Below the pieces are notes generated by a model. That model searched no databases. It had not been told where the DNA came from and saw nothing but the letters and a program-made list of their open reading frames with translations. A program made the translations under genes and the position numbers. A stretch of DNA of 64,000 nt from Balanoglossus misakiensis (taxonomy: Eukaryota > Animalia > Hemichordata), in assembly GCA_040954595.2 (NCBI GenBank), contig CM082580.2, positions 14,000,242 to 14,064,241 on the forward strand, given 5' to 3'. Shown here in pieces: positions 13,966 to 27,370 of this stretch. Numbering within the stretch: position 1 is the stretch's first letter; each line of letters begins with the position of its first letter.

Positions 13966-13979
13966 CTGCCCTCTGGTGG
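13966..13979 (-). promoter_or_regulatory. CTCF consensus motif
   Basis: CTGCCCTCTGGTGG, reverse complement CCACCAGAGGGCAG, matches the CTCF core consensus. Motif match only. Confidence 0.4.
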
Positions 13980-14280
13980 TCAATTGTGGTATAATAGTGG
14001 ATATTTGGAAATCGCAAGTACATTGTATATGTTTTAGATTAAACTTTATTGAGAGACATTAGAAGGTCAATCCATCCAACAGCTTTTTCTCTGTGATATG
14101 TTCTTATTTATTTGAAATTTCTACTGTTTCCTGCCTTTTTATCTTGAAAATGTCTTGTACAGTCTGTTTTGCTTTTCAGCTTCATCCAAATCTGACATGA
14201 GTTAGTTCTGCAGTAGTTGTTTAGAAAGACACTTTGCTTATATAACTGCTGTCACAACTGGAGAGTATTTTCGAAGTTTC

Positions 14281-14387
14281 AGGACAGTATACCCCTGGGC
14301 ATTTCTCACCTACCTGTTTGGGTTTAGGGATGGGGACAGGTTAGGTGAAGTGTCTGGTGGTTGAATGTCCCAGGGGGTGACTGTCCT
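14281..14387. mobile_element. Short inverted-repeat element with a degenerate TTAGGG-like core (MITE-like)
   Basis: Left arm AGGACAGTATACCCCTGGGCATTTC; reverse complement of right arm AGGACAGTCACCCCCTGGGACATTC. Interior GGGTTTAGGGATGGGGACAGGTTAGG. Confidence 0.5.
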
Positions 14388-14512
14388 AGATCCAGACAAA
14401 GTCTGTCATGTCTCTTGAAAGTTGTAGTTGATTTTATTCTGGACGCAGATGTGGTCACACTATTGGTACTTGACCACTTCTCGTGCGTTTTGTACATGGC
14501 AGGTTTTATTAA

Positions 14513-14597
14513 CCCTTTTACCCCCGGTTCCCTCTTTAGAGGTCCAACCATACCATAGAAAACAATGGGTGTGGACTGAACCATGGTGGTGAAAGGG
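14513..14597. mobile_element. Short non-autonomous TTAA-targeting (piggyBac-like) MITE, copy 2
   Basis: TTAA (14509-14512) CCCTTTTACCCCCGGTTC ... GAACCATGGTGGTGAAAGGG TTAA (14598-14601). TTAA duplication plus CCC...GGG termini are the piggyBac-superfamily signature; 85 bp. Confidence 0.7.
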
Positions 14598-16234
14598 TTA
14601 AATCTATGTATAGTGGCATGTGACATGGAGGAAGGTAGAAGGAAGCATGACTAATGTGGCTTTTGATTGTACATATAGGTCGGATAGAAATGGTCTGACA
14701 AATTGTGAATAGTAATACTCTCGAGGGTTTGTCAACGTTTGTGTGCATGGCTAGAGACAAATTGTTGATCTGCGACTCCCAACAGATGCATCAAAATCCT
14801 CTCTGCCATTCATTCACAGAGAGAGAGAGATGGCAACAACTTGCCGGGGAAGTCGGTCAGATCAACTCAACGTTTATGACAGCCCTGTGGAAGATTTTCT
14901 GACTGTCGGCTGAAATCAAGATTGTAATTGATAAATTGTTGGTGATGGTGGTGGTGTTACAGATGAGATGGCAGATTGTTTGTAGATTTGTGATTCAACT
15001 TTCGCTTTTTCCCATGCATCATATTTTGGGTTTAGGATCATAGTAGTTTTAAAAATTGATAAAATGTTGTGAATTTTCAATAAATTTTTCTCTGTTATAA
15101 GTGTTTCTATAGGGAATGTTCTAATCCAGCAGACTGCATGTGCTTGCTGACTTTATTCATAAGTTCATTGGGAATTGTATGAGTCATAACCATGTATGGT
15201 CATTTCTTTATTCTGCAGGCCATATAGGAGAGGAACCATATGAAAAAACTTTGCAAGAGTTTGGCAAATTATGCAACAAAAACACAACTCTGTGCTCATC
15301 CTGACATTTTTGTCATACTTCTAATATACACATTCTTTTATTAAAATAATCTCGGCTTTAATTTAACAATCAAAACTTTTCATTATGGCAGTAGTGACAC
15401 CAACTCAAATCATTTGTTTAAAAATCTGTTAGTGAAAGTTCCCTGTCAAGTTCTGTTTCTTTGTATTTATTCCATGTTTGCTCCCTAGTGAAGACAATTT
15501 TATAGAATTTGTATCAGTTTATAAACTATGTAGACAGACTATCATGAAGCCTTGCATTTGCTATTGTCAGTGGTCCAACACTTTGATAATGTAAAAACAC
15601 TTTCACTGTTATGTTGTTTTGTACATTCCCGTGTTTATTAATTTGGTGAGGGGACTAGCACCTTTTTTTCAGAGCAGAAAGTTATAACTACCAGTGGAAT
15701 GAGATAGGTGTCTAAGTCAAGTAGTATTTTACAGGATTCATGCCCATAGCTACTGCACAACTTGTGGTCAGTAGCAAGCAATTTCATGCACTAAACCTCT
15801 CGGCCATACCCAAATCCCCCCAATAACTGAGATAAGAGATTTCTGAACATCGTCCGGAATGCAAAGTAGCCAGATTTAAAACTTTTCAGCATGTGTTCAA
15901 GTTTTTATGGACTACTGCTGTTACTTCCGGCTGCATGGTTCATTGCAAATTCATCGCCTGTGAATATAACACGTCTTTGGTCAGAGGTGTGCTTGACAAT
16001 GCAGTAAAATTTGTTGTTCCCGTTGTTTTTTAAAAAGCATGTTCTGAACATGCTCAGTATGGTTAAATGTTTCTCTGTAGTTATTGTAATAACAGTGTTC
16101 GACATTGGATTTAGTGTACAGTTGGCAAGGTTCTTTCCTCCATCGTTTTTAAAATGTAGATTTTTGTGCACTATTAAACAATGTATTTTTCCGTGTTCAT
16201 AGCCGTTGTACACTTGCAGTTTTACTGCAAACGA

Positions 16235-16240
16235 AATAAA
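16235..16240 (+). terminator. Candidate polyadenylation signal of ZMYND11
   Basis: AATAAA with upstream TGTA elements and a downstream T-rich tract, at the end of the CpG-depleted domain. Confidence 0.5.
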
Positions 16241-19200
16241 GTGTACTGCTTCAATCTAGGAGAGAGTTCGTTATTTCCTTTTTAGCTTCCATTTGCGATA
16301 CATATGTTATTTGATTCATGTACATCTGTATGTAATCTAAATTTTATTTGAGGCACAAATATTACATTAACAGCTCATCCAATTTGAGGCGAGCACTGCA
16401 ATTTACATTGTGATTTTTGGCCAATCTCTTGGTGGACCTCCAAAGATATCCGACTTTGAACGTTGATGGCGCCCTATAATTCATGTGTTAATACCATACG
16501 AACACGTGCTATGAAAAGGGTTAATGTCTGTGACAAATACTGTCATGCTAAAGGCCCTTCACATTTGTTGATATGAATAAATGTGGTTATCGGAATTAGG
16601 TTAAGACCGCACAGCTCCCTGGGGAACAAATTACAGCTGATATAAACATGTTTCAGTAAGCTGAACAGAGTAAATAGCCTATGAAATTAAATAACATCAA
16701 AAGTGAAAGACTCTGCCATGATCTCATTTACAAGCAGAGTCGCGCAGGTGAAGGACATCCTAGCATATTGTAAGTTATAGAAAACGTTAATTCTGTCAAC
16801 GTAACATTCAAACAGACCATCTATCATTCTGATAGTAGGATTGCGACTCCATCGTCAACAATATTAGACAATGGAACCATTATACGAAGGAAATGAGTTC
16901 TGACACAGTGGTTGTGATTACGTACGTGCCTGGCGAAGTCTTTTTATTCCATACGACTCTAGCCCCCTACGTATTGTGCTGATGCAAACACTACCCAGGG
17001 TGGCCAGTGGTTGCTTGTAGAAATAACCGTGTTAGTAGGTTGGCCATGCAGTGATACAGATCCGCTTGGTTACACCGTACTTTCAAAACATCATGTCACA
17101 AAAATAGTGTTTTAAAATGTTAAGTTTAATTACTGTTCACGGAGAGACCGTGAAAGACTTTCATAATCATTGTCTGTAACACTATTGGGGTGGTAATTAG
17201 CACTATGTTCATAATTCTCATTGGAGATTAATTCACTATAATGCTTGAGCTTTTTCTCCAATCGTTGCATAAAACCGCATTTAGTTCCTTTCATGTTCGC
17301 AATTTGAATTTGGCGTATCGCCGGTTTAATAACATTATCACGTGCGCTTTCCTCAGTTTTTCACATCTTGCCGCTGCCTTCATTTTACGTTTGAACGCCT
17401 TTGGGAATGCACACGCCAAGAAACAAGATTATCTCCGTATTAGAATTAGGTTTAAACGTACATTTAGTATAATTTCGAACCTTTTTTTTATTCTCCATTA
17501 CGATAATTGGTTATCGTGTAGAGCTCGGTCTCGCGAATGTAAGTCAGTATTTGTGCCACGCGGAATAAAGACTTCACCAGGCATTCTATCAGAAGAAATT
17601 TGCGAGTGTCTTCGTTGAGTTTTTGAGTTGTTCTTTCCAGTAAAAGGCATGTCTAGTTTCTGCCAAAGTAGTTTGTTTCAAGCTCACCCCTAGCTATTCT
17701 TTATGGGGAAACCCAATAACACCGCCGGTATGAATGTAAAATAGAGAACGGGGAGGTTCAACGGCCGTACTTTACTTTATCATGTTGAGCCCTTGCAGAG
17801 GTTGCAAGCATGAAATAAACTACTACTTGTCGGTAGAGCGAGGCAGACAAAAAGGAGTTCACACTTTCCACAGGGACCCGCCACATGCATCTTCCATTAA
17901 CGGTATTTGATGGGAACGATTTATGAACTCGGTCGTCACTAAAATCTGTTTTTCAGCGTACATGTCCGGATGTGAGTGATTGCCTGAGAACTGTCACCAT
18001 CATCACAAAGTTTTGAAATCCATTCGGGGAATACAGGTATCACGACCCGCACAAAGCGGAATTCTATTAATCTGTTTACTTCAGTCATGGGAGTGTGGAC
18101 TCATGGGTATTTGGATGACGCTTCAATTTTCCTAAAAGCGCAAAATATCGAAATCACTCAATCAAATTTGTCGGCCATTTCATTGTCAAGCAGTACTTCG
18201 AATACACGTGCATACACGTGCAAACGTCGCTCACTAAGATCTGTTTTTCCATCGCGATTCTACCTAGAACACGTTATAATTTGGGAATAGATACAAAAAT
18301 GTGAACTTATAGCGTAGCCCATACTTTTGTATTCCTCAATCAATCCTCCCAACTTGTCGATGCAGCATAGCGTCTGAAAACAAGTCTCTCGATAATAGTT
18401 TCTGTAAGCTATAAACAAACCAGATGTCTATTATAGCCTCATTGACGCGGCCATTTTCATTAAACACCAAGGCAATTAGTCCATTCAGTCGATGAAAACG
18501 CTGAGGTGATTTGTGGTTTAATGACTCGTATGAACAATGAGCGTCTAACCTAGACGAATGGTCCACAGGGAATGGTGTCTTATACTGAGATCATATCTCT
18601 CACAAGTGAACGAATTTCTCCGACAGTCACTAAATTAATTCTTTGGGAATTGTAATCGGCCATTGTAGAATTGCGTTATATACGATATGCTTGATTAGTG
18701 TGGGGAATTGGTACGATATAACACAGGAGAAAGAGGTGTATGGGAAACATCGTCAATTGCTAAATCCTCCGAAGCACAATTTCGTGATCTTGATAACAGT
18801 TTGAGGTATCAAGCCTTGCATAAAATGTGACAAACATTATGAAAATGAAATTCGGCATTGAGTGATACGTATTACTCCAATGTCCTGTATTTGTTTTTGA
18901 TGACTACCCCTTGAGAGAAAATATGTTTCGAAAAGGCCACATTGCCTTCTGTTGAAGATCCTAAACCTATGCTGATTTATAGAGTTAATTGAATGGATGA
19001 CGTGTCCAAGCACCTTGTAAATTTGAATTTTAAGAAACTATTTCTGATTGGTTGAAAAGAGTGAACATATGTTTATAGATTTTCATGCGGAGTACTCGCT
19101 TCATTTTACTCGAGAAATTCAAGCAAGCAAGCAGCTTTTCTGATCTCAAATTTCCAGGACGACGTCACACACACCTTAGTACATGTACACAGAGTTCGGG

Positions 19201-22200
19201 TTTCATGTTCTTCGCCACGTTTGGGAATGAAACTGTTGAACGCTGCCAGAAATCAGGATTTTCGAAAAAGCCTGCTAAATTGGCTCGTTGGCCGGGCGCT
19301 GCCACATCGCGGATGGACCAGGGAAACACTCCATATGGAAATGACGCTTTTGGAATTAGTTGAGGTAAGCCCACAACATGTTGAATTAATTTTCAGCCTC
19401 ATATTGATCTCGCGCATGCTTCAACATTATGGTATCTTTGCATCAAAGTTGCATGTATTTGATAAATAATTTCGGGAGGGGGGTCTGAAAGGTGTACGGC
19501 CATATATGCAAATTTAACCACTGACACTCCCTTCGATTATTGATTTTGAACTTTGAACTCTGAATGCGCTTGGAAATTAGGGTTGCGTGCGCTCACTCAT
19601 AAGCCTGTGACTTCTTCACCGAACTTTAGTTGTCCACTAAATGCAAGGCGTTCCATATATGGTCGCGAATTTTCGAAGAAAAAACGACTGCCCTGAAAAT
19701 GCCAGGGATTATCCCTCTTTATATTCTGCCAATGTTTGCGTTGACAACTGAAAATGATTCGGTACGTCTCTGCTGTTCAGAGTCTCAAGACACAAATAAC
19801 AAATTCATCATCGATGTCGTCAGAAATAACGTTTCCCATCGCCATTTGCTATTCTCCAGTGCACTTTACGGAACATTTGGCAAATTCATTCAATCGATGA
19901 TGCACTCAATGCAATGTGCGTGTATAAGCAACCTCCATAAAAATAATAATACACGTGTCTATGCTAAATCATGACAGCGCCTTTCCATGTTTTGAAAAAC
20001 GGACCACGATTTATCAAAACTTTAATTTACTTTTTAACTACCAAAAGGCATCGAGGATGTGTGATATTTATTTTTAATACACTCGTGGTGAATCGGAGCG
20101 GATGGAATGATTAGCTCATAAAATAGTCAAGGTTGTAAAATAGGGCATATCGGTGTGATAAATATGATATCATGGCGCAAGTATTGACGCAATTTTATGA
20201 ATTCTCATGCTGGCTTACTCCCCAAAATATTTCCAATATTCACTGTGAGACGGCGTGCTCACAAACAAACTAGCATGGGGCACGGTAGTTTCGGAGTGAT
20301 CGTGTATATGCACCTATGTACGAGTGCGCCCCTTGTGGGCAGGACCGAACGAGCACCCAATTGGCTGGGAACATGACGTTATTAAGCCTATCCGAACAGG
20401 AGTGCAAACAGAACACGCATCAAGCTGAGAGCCTGAATGTTAGTGAGTACATGCTGATTTCTCAGACAGCAAACACGATAGTGAAGTCTACACAGGATCT
20501 TAACTGTCGCTCCACACGCGACGAGGCGAACCCCTGCGTTCTTCAGTGTTAACATATCCAAATCAATCGTAACCAGTGGAGGTAAGTTAGGCTAACTCGG
20601 TTGGTTTGAGTTGGCAATGGAGGTATTTCCTATAAAATGTATCTCCCGAAGTATTGCCATAAATATCGAAATTGTTGTGCAGTTTTTGCAGAATTTCTTA
20701 ATATCCAACAACAGTTTAGGCGAATTTTAAACTCCTTGTAAGATAATGTCTTGTTGCGTACCGATGATGCAAAATACGGGAGCTTAATGTCGTACCGTGC
20801 GGTGCTTGTGTTACTCTGATGTTTGTGTCTGTCCGCCTGTCTGTCTGTCTCCTCTCAAGAACGGCTGGTCCGTTTTGAATCGTATTTGGTGGAGTGTTCT
20901 ACAGTTCAGAAGGAGTGGCAAGAAGGGCGTGGTGTCACGTGCATATTTATAAAGTTTCTGAAGCAATGCATGGAGAGCACAGAATAGTGGTACTGACATC
21001 TGTATACACAGAATCAAATTTGTTGAAACTTGCCTGCACGAATGGTGCAGTCTTATGTCTACGAATTGCTCTGACAAACAACATTGAAACCATTCTGGCA
21101 CGTTTAGTTCCCATCTGGTTTTTGTCGGGTATTGCTCCGATCCACACTACATATGGCTGCACAACCAGTCATTGTTATTTTGGAGTGTGTATCATTGTGG
21201 AAAGCGGAAATAAAGGGCATCGAGTAAGATAGTTTTCACGTGTGACTGCGCAGGCCGGTAATAACTCTAAGGTCTAAGCGAATCCATTCAACTTTTTTCT
21301 TTGAATAAGCTTAGAGCAAATCTCGATAGCATCGGTTGCTTTTTGAAAAAAAAAGTAATTCGCTTCAACCGGAAATCGCTGCTCGTCCTCCAGCACTGTA
21401 CATGTGATTCAGTGTGCTGTATCTGAAGCGCGGCTTCTTTGAACATTTCTTTGCGAGCGAGACACTGCAACGCCAAACTAATGACTGTTATAGTTGAGGA
21501 AAGGCTTGTGGAAGATAGTGCACGTGTCGGCATACACGGTGCAAGGCCGTATGCGATGATAAAAAATATGAGAGAATCGCATTGAAGTCTCTACAGTTGC
21601 CCAAAGCTATATATGTATAAGAAATTTCAGAAAAAAAGTTCAAGTACACATATCCACCACTGAATGGTCATCGCCATGGAAACGAAGTTACAGTTTCTAA
21701 TATTTTACAGTAGAAATATCGTCTACATGTCTGGAATTCACTCCAGTGTATAAATTTCACTTGTTGGTGTCAGATAACTGAAAACAATTGCAAATCGGTG
21801 GTAGATGACGAATTCAAAATAATCGTCGACGTTCTTGTCAAATTACTTGAACGGAGACTCGCGAAGGAAAGAAAGTTGATTGCGAATGAATTGAAACCAC
21901 GCCGCCGGGCGACACAATCACAGCCGAGTGAGAGAGCGGAGCAACTGACGTGTTGAAGCTACTGATATTTCTGATGAGGTAACTCAGTCGAATCATGCGA
22001 CAGAAACGACCTTCCTTGCATCTGACAGAAATTTGTTGAAATCTTGCTCGTCAAATAAAGTATTACAAGTCAAACGTTTTAGAATTGTTAGGACAATATT
22101 GTCCCTTCCCTTCATCTAACTTCATTAGACCCATGTTAAACGAATCCTATGTAATGCGCCCTCTCAAACTTGCGAGACCTTGCGAACCTACTCGACAACT

Positions 22201-24119
22201 GGCAACTTTCATCTAACTTTACTGGTTGTATAAAACACCACATTCGGCTATATACATAAAGCAAGTGCTTCTGAGTGGACGATCGAGATTACACGACTTG
22301 CAACATAACCTTAATTTCAGTGTACCGACACATAGTTTTATAGTTTTATGCGAAACCAACAAACTGTTACCGGGTAACGAGTTACAGGTATTATTGAAAG
22401 AAGGAATGAATGTCTTCCCCAATGGGAATGAAGAAAAAAACAGGATTGGACGGCGACTACCGCCGTATCTATTAAATGGCGAACGCCTTCAGCAATGCAC
22501 TGCGCTCATCAGATAGAGTGGACCAGATTCCTTCTGAACTCCCATGAAATGTGGTAACCCTATTTCCTTCCGTCATGTACAGGGCAACAATATCTGTAAT
22601 ATTCGACGAGTCGGTTAGTTTGTTTCTATCATGTCACGTGCTGTCATGTTATATTATGTCGCTGAGCTTTGTATCTCTACGGATACAATTCGTATGTTTC
22701 GTGCCAGGCATATACCGTGAAATAGCTGTTTTAAATCCATAACTATGCGTCATCGGACAACCCATGTAGTTTGAAACATTGAAAATACTCGTAGATGATT
22801 GACTCAATGCGAACGTGCAGTAACAATATCAAAATGAAGACAATTGAAATGTGTATGCATTACAGGCCATGGTTCGTTTTTCATATTTCATTACTTTTAT
22901 TCGAGATTTTAGAAAGGTGTGGTATAATAACACGCAAACCGTGACGCGTGGGTTGGGCCTAATTCTAGAGCAAATAAGAGGGCATTGTCAGTCGCCAAGG
23001 ATACGAGGCAAAATCACTCGTCAAGGAATTGTTTCCAAAATATCGTCACATAAAGTTCCAATTGTGTCCTTCACGAAGTCAATATTACCCACTTTACAGC
23101 CATGTGTGACATGTTACAAAAGATAGTCTTGTAAATACTAAAATGTACGTACAAGCGTGCAGAATCATATCTATAGTCTGATAATCTTGATAAGCCTGCG
23201 TACAAAACACATGCAGACCATATCACAAAATGGAGTCGCACGTGCACTTCCATCTTTATGTTTTCAAAGCTGTACTCCGGTTAGTTGCAGCTGAGAGGTC
23301 AACACGTCGGTAATTAGTCTTTAAATACACACAGTTGGAGCACTGTTGTTCATCTCGCCAAAATGTCTCTGTAAATCTGTACGCCAAAACCGTTGAACAG
23401 TAAACTCCGTGGACGAAACATCCCCTTTTAGCAATTTTACATAAAAAATTTTGCTTTTAAAAGTGGTGTACTCCAAACCATTGACGGTTTGGAAATAAAT
23501 ATCATAATCGTTACCATGGTAAATATAATCACGATATTGATTCCAGACAGTCATTAATTTCAAGGTCTTACGTACGCTATTATGATCTCTTCCTTTACAA
23601 ACATAGTCAACAACAGAGTCGTGTCTGTTGTAAAGTTCATAGTTATCTCCAACGTAAATTGTGTACCCACATTTACATCCAAACCTGCAGCGTTTATCCT
23701 TGTCAGGGTGTGTTCACAGAAGGTAGGTTGTCTAGGATCTTTTCTGTCTAAAGATTACTCAGAAACGTCATTTATAGCGAACTAGCGAGTTCACTCTTTT
23801 TACAGTTATGTTCGTACTTGTAAGGCAATTAGTGTACAATAATACCTGACATTTTCATAATCCTGATTGACGGCAAAATGACCTGTAAAGCCCTAGGTTC
23901 ATATTGCAGATAATATCGTCAAAAGTGCAATGCTCTGTATTTCAAATCTGATAATCTGTCCAATGACATACTCGAACTCAGTAAAGCAAAAAAAGAAAGA
24001 AAGTTCAAATCTTGTTTATCCACGCCAGGTGGCTTATTCATTATGTCGGGCATGTCTACATTGTATATGGTAATCTTCATGTGTGTATAGCATGTGTTCC
24101 TCTGCTCAATCTTCTTGTT

Positions 24120-24490
24120 TGATTGATTGATTGATGGATGGATTATACATGGCATGACTCTGTCAGGATCAGGTGTGGCCACCAACGGCATGGGCTGTTG
24201 TCTCCCGTCTATTCTGATTGTACTCCGAGGTCACATGTTGTTTTGTGACCGAAAATTCAAGGAATCTACAGGGAGCAGAAATGGAGGTAGTCGGACGCTG
24301 GTGCCAAATTTTACCAAATTACAGTCAGGCTTCGGAAAGTTCTGCTTACGTAACTGACAGGGCAGGGTTGGGCCGGTTGCAGTTGCCGCATTACTATTCA
24401 GTTTTAAACTTTGAGGCATCTCCTGTTGAGAGTGAAGCACGTAGGTTCCAGAACGACCTCACATGGATAGGTTTGGCTAATTGCTTTCTG
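24120..24490 (-). mobile_element. Possible degenerate 3' fragment of a non-LTR retrotransposon (RTE-like)
   Basis: On the - strand the segment ends in a (CCAT)(CAAT)n tail (~24120-24142). Broken frames give QLAK..RSFW..SLSTG..KF and TLPCQLRKQNF, loosely like RTE ORF2 C-termini. Weak, by-eye similarity only. Confidence 0.25.
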
Positions 24491-27180
24491 TAGATGCTCT
24501 AAGCATTGCCACCGAACAGTTATCACTTGCACATGGTTTCCTATTACTTTTCCCCATAGCTATCAAAATGCTGATAGCTATATTGAGACTTTAGACAGCG
24601 ACAGCCGGCTAGATTTGTGCTTATATACATGAGGAGCGCTCTTAGAAATCACAAGGGTTATGAGAAAATGACTACGCTCCGGGCGAAATGATGCCACCAT
24701 CCGCTATATCGCTGCTAATATCTTTTCTCCGATTGTCAAACATCTCCATAATGATTACTTTCTGTTGGCGAAATCTCAAAAGCAACGAACCACACGCGCC
24801 TATTAAATCGCAAAGTTACTGCCTGGTAACTGTAAGTCGAGCCTTTCGACTCGTTGTTATACGGCCTTGTTAGATTCAATTATCTCGCGGACGGATCACT
24901 TCTCTTAGAAATGTTTTCCGCTCAGATGCCATCCCTTTTTCTCGAAAGGATTCAAAACGTTGTGTTTATTCTCGTTCAGAAGTTGTTTTGATATTTCCAC
25001 TGGCGTTATCTCTTAGCGAGATGGGATACTATCTTCTGAAAACAGTTGCATATTAAAATCACGTTCCACCAACAATGCACTCTCACTGATATGCCGGAGC
25101 GACAAAAATTGCAGTACCCATGTCACGTGTCTTCAATCACAAACCAATGAACACAGCTGTGATTATCTGGTCATCTTTCGATGTACACATGGTTATCTGT
25201 ATACATGATATGTGGTCATCTGCACACATGTATGACTGTCATGTTTTATTTTGGAGGCGACCAAAGCAAAAGGGATAGTAGTTAACCTAAATAATAAAAA
25301 TATGTTCCCATATATCAGGCTTTTAGGAAATATGTACTTAAAGAGGGTTCTGAGCTCAATAATTACAAGAGAATTGTTAGTTTCAAATGGGTAATTACTT
25401 GTCTTGGAATCTTAATTACTCAACACGTCATTCATCTCTAGGCGCACACTAAGCATTCATTTCCCTGCCATTGTTAAGGCGGTGTGCTCAATTTCTGTCA
25501 CTATGGTCGATTCAAGCGCTTTCAACGATTTGAATTTGAAAAGAAAAAAAGTATATTAATTCGCCTTGACGGTAGATTGATTGCATTGCTGACACAGAGG
25601 TCAGTCAGAATGAAATGACGGTGAAAGGGAGTGTGGGATATGTCGTCAGGTGCTGAGAACACCCACTGTAAAACTGTGTTTAATAAAGGAATCCCGTGTT
25701 ATTATTCTGTTGTTTTAGGACATGATTTCTGTGAGTATGCTATATTAAGTTTTTTTAAATACTAAATGTTACCTTCATGCATGCCTGGTGCACGTGTACA
25801 TCTCTTTTCCAACAATCTTGTTTGGGAAGTTGCGTCCAAATATGTTGTCGTTTTATTGGCACTTTATCTTCGTTGAGCGGAGGGAGACAAGGTAGCGCTC
25901 AGGTGTTCGGCCTAATTGTAATTCATGGCCATAGCTTCATTTATTACATACCAAGAACGGTGATTTGCATTCTCTAGGCTCCGTTCTGTCAGTTAAAGAA
26001 GTTTCCAATTAAATATAGCCATGGGATTTACTCAATTATAAGCGACCGGAACCCCAAAACAACTTCGAAACATGCTTATACTTGCTGCATGTGATTGAAC
26101 TATCGACAAAACGCGACTAATCAACGTAAACATCTCTATGTCAGTTCCGCCGTGTCAACTTTGCAACGGGGAGAAATTCACCTAAATGAGACGTTAGGGT
26201 AAATTACCCTGCCCATGAGGTAGAGTACGTAATGCATTCCAAATGTTTGCCAACGACGACTGCCAATATTACTCGCCAAAGGCATGCTGCAGGCAGCTCG
26301 AAAATTCGTCGGTTGAGCTCTTTCGGGTGGTATCAAAATTAAGGGCAAGTGATGTTTTTTTATGAAACGAGTTGACTTTAAAGGAAGGGATTATTCGCCA
26401 AGCTTTTAGAAATACCCTTTCCGACGTCATCATTTCGTGCGATCCAATGTCAAAGTAAACCGTTTATGCAAACCGACGTTTTTTGTGGTGAGTGTGGTTA
26501 CATTATGCACGCCTGGCTTAGCGGCACAGTCAAACTAGTATTGCTGCTACAGAAAATCCAATTACCAAGTCCCAATTCACGCGTGTATTCTGGTGGAAAA
26601 AAGTAGTCACCATGGTTACATATCCAGCTATGGGGAGTCAAAGAGCTATAGATCTATACGACCTTCTCATGGACGGTACAACACGATGCAATAGATGCGC
26701 TTTCAAGGAGATTAGCGCCCAGAGACACTTAAGCACTGAACATCTGCCTCGACGCTGTCTCCATGTATCATACATGATTCTTCTAGTGTAAAATTAAACC
26801 ACCCGAATGGATTGAAGCTATTAAACCGCGAAAAGCAAGTAACGTTTCTCATTGTTTACGTCCAGCAGAGCTAACTATATCAGTGGCAAAGTTTTGAAAT
26901 GACGACCGCCATTATTCCCTACCCTCATTCACTCTGAACAAGCTTGCATCTCACCGTGAGAGTGGCAATTAGCCAGTTTCATTTATATTCATTTGACAGT
27001 AACGATAGTTACTCCCATTGTTAATGGGTCATCACTTGCCCAGATAGACGATGTATGTTTTGTCAATTACTGTTGGCTGGATCGTGTGTCATGTCAAGAA
27101 ATAAGCAATGGATTGTAAAAGGTTTAGCGCAAGAGATGAGATAGACGTACCCTGGGAAAATTCAAATTTAGAGTAATTAG

Positions 27181-27370
27181 ACAGTCAAACTTGTTTTAGT
27201 GGCCACCTCTATATAGTGGAAACTTGTATATTGTGGTCAGTGAGACGATAACGTCTTGATTGAAGCATACTTCTCTGCTTTAACTAAGGACACACGACAG
27301 TAACCATAAAAAGGATAAAGTTACTCTTCCATGCCTAGATTGGCCATGCAACCTATAGTTTACACTATCT
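27181..27370. mobile_element. Possible degenerate Tc1/mariner-pogo-type MITE
   Basis: Starts ACAGTCAAACTTGTTTTAGTGGCCAC, followed by internal near-repeats (TATATAGTGG, TATATTGTGG). A decayed complementary end (TGGCCA...AGTTTACACT) lies near 27341-27368. CAGT termini are typical of pogo-related MITEs. Confidence 0.3.

Larger units (their letters stand above)
12372..16260 (+). other. ZMYND11: Probable long 3'UTR of ZMYND11
   Basis: T-rich, CpG-poor sequence with no recognisable coding exon after the stop. AATAAA at 16235-16240 is followed by a T-rich tract, and CpG frequency rises just beyond it. An earlier AATAAA lies near 15079. Confidence 0.5.
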
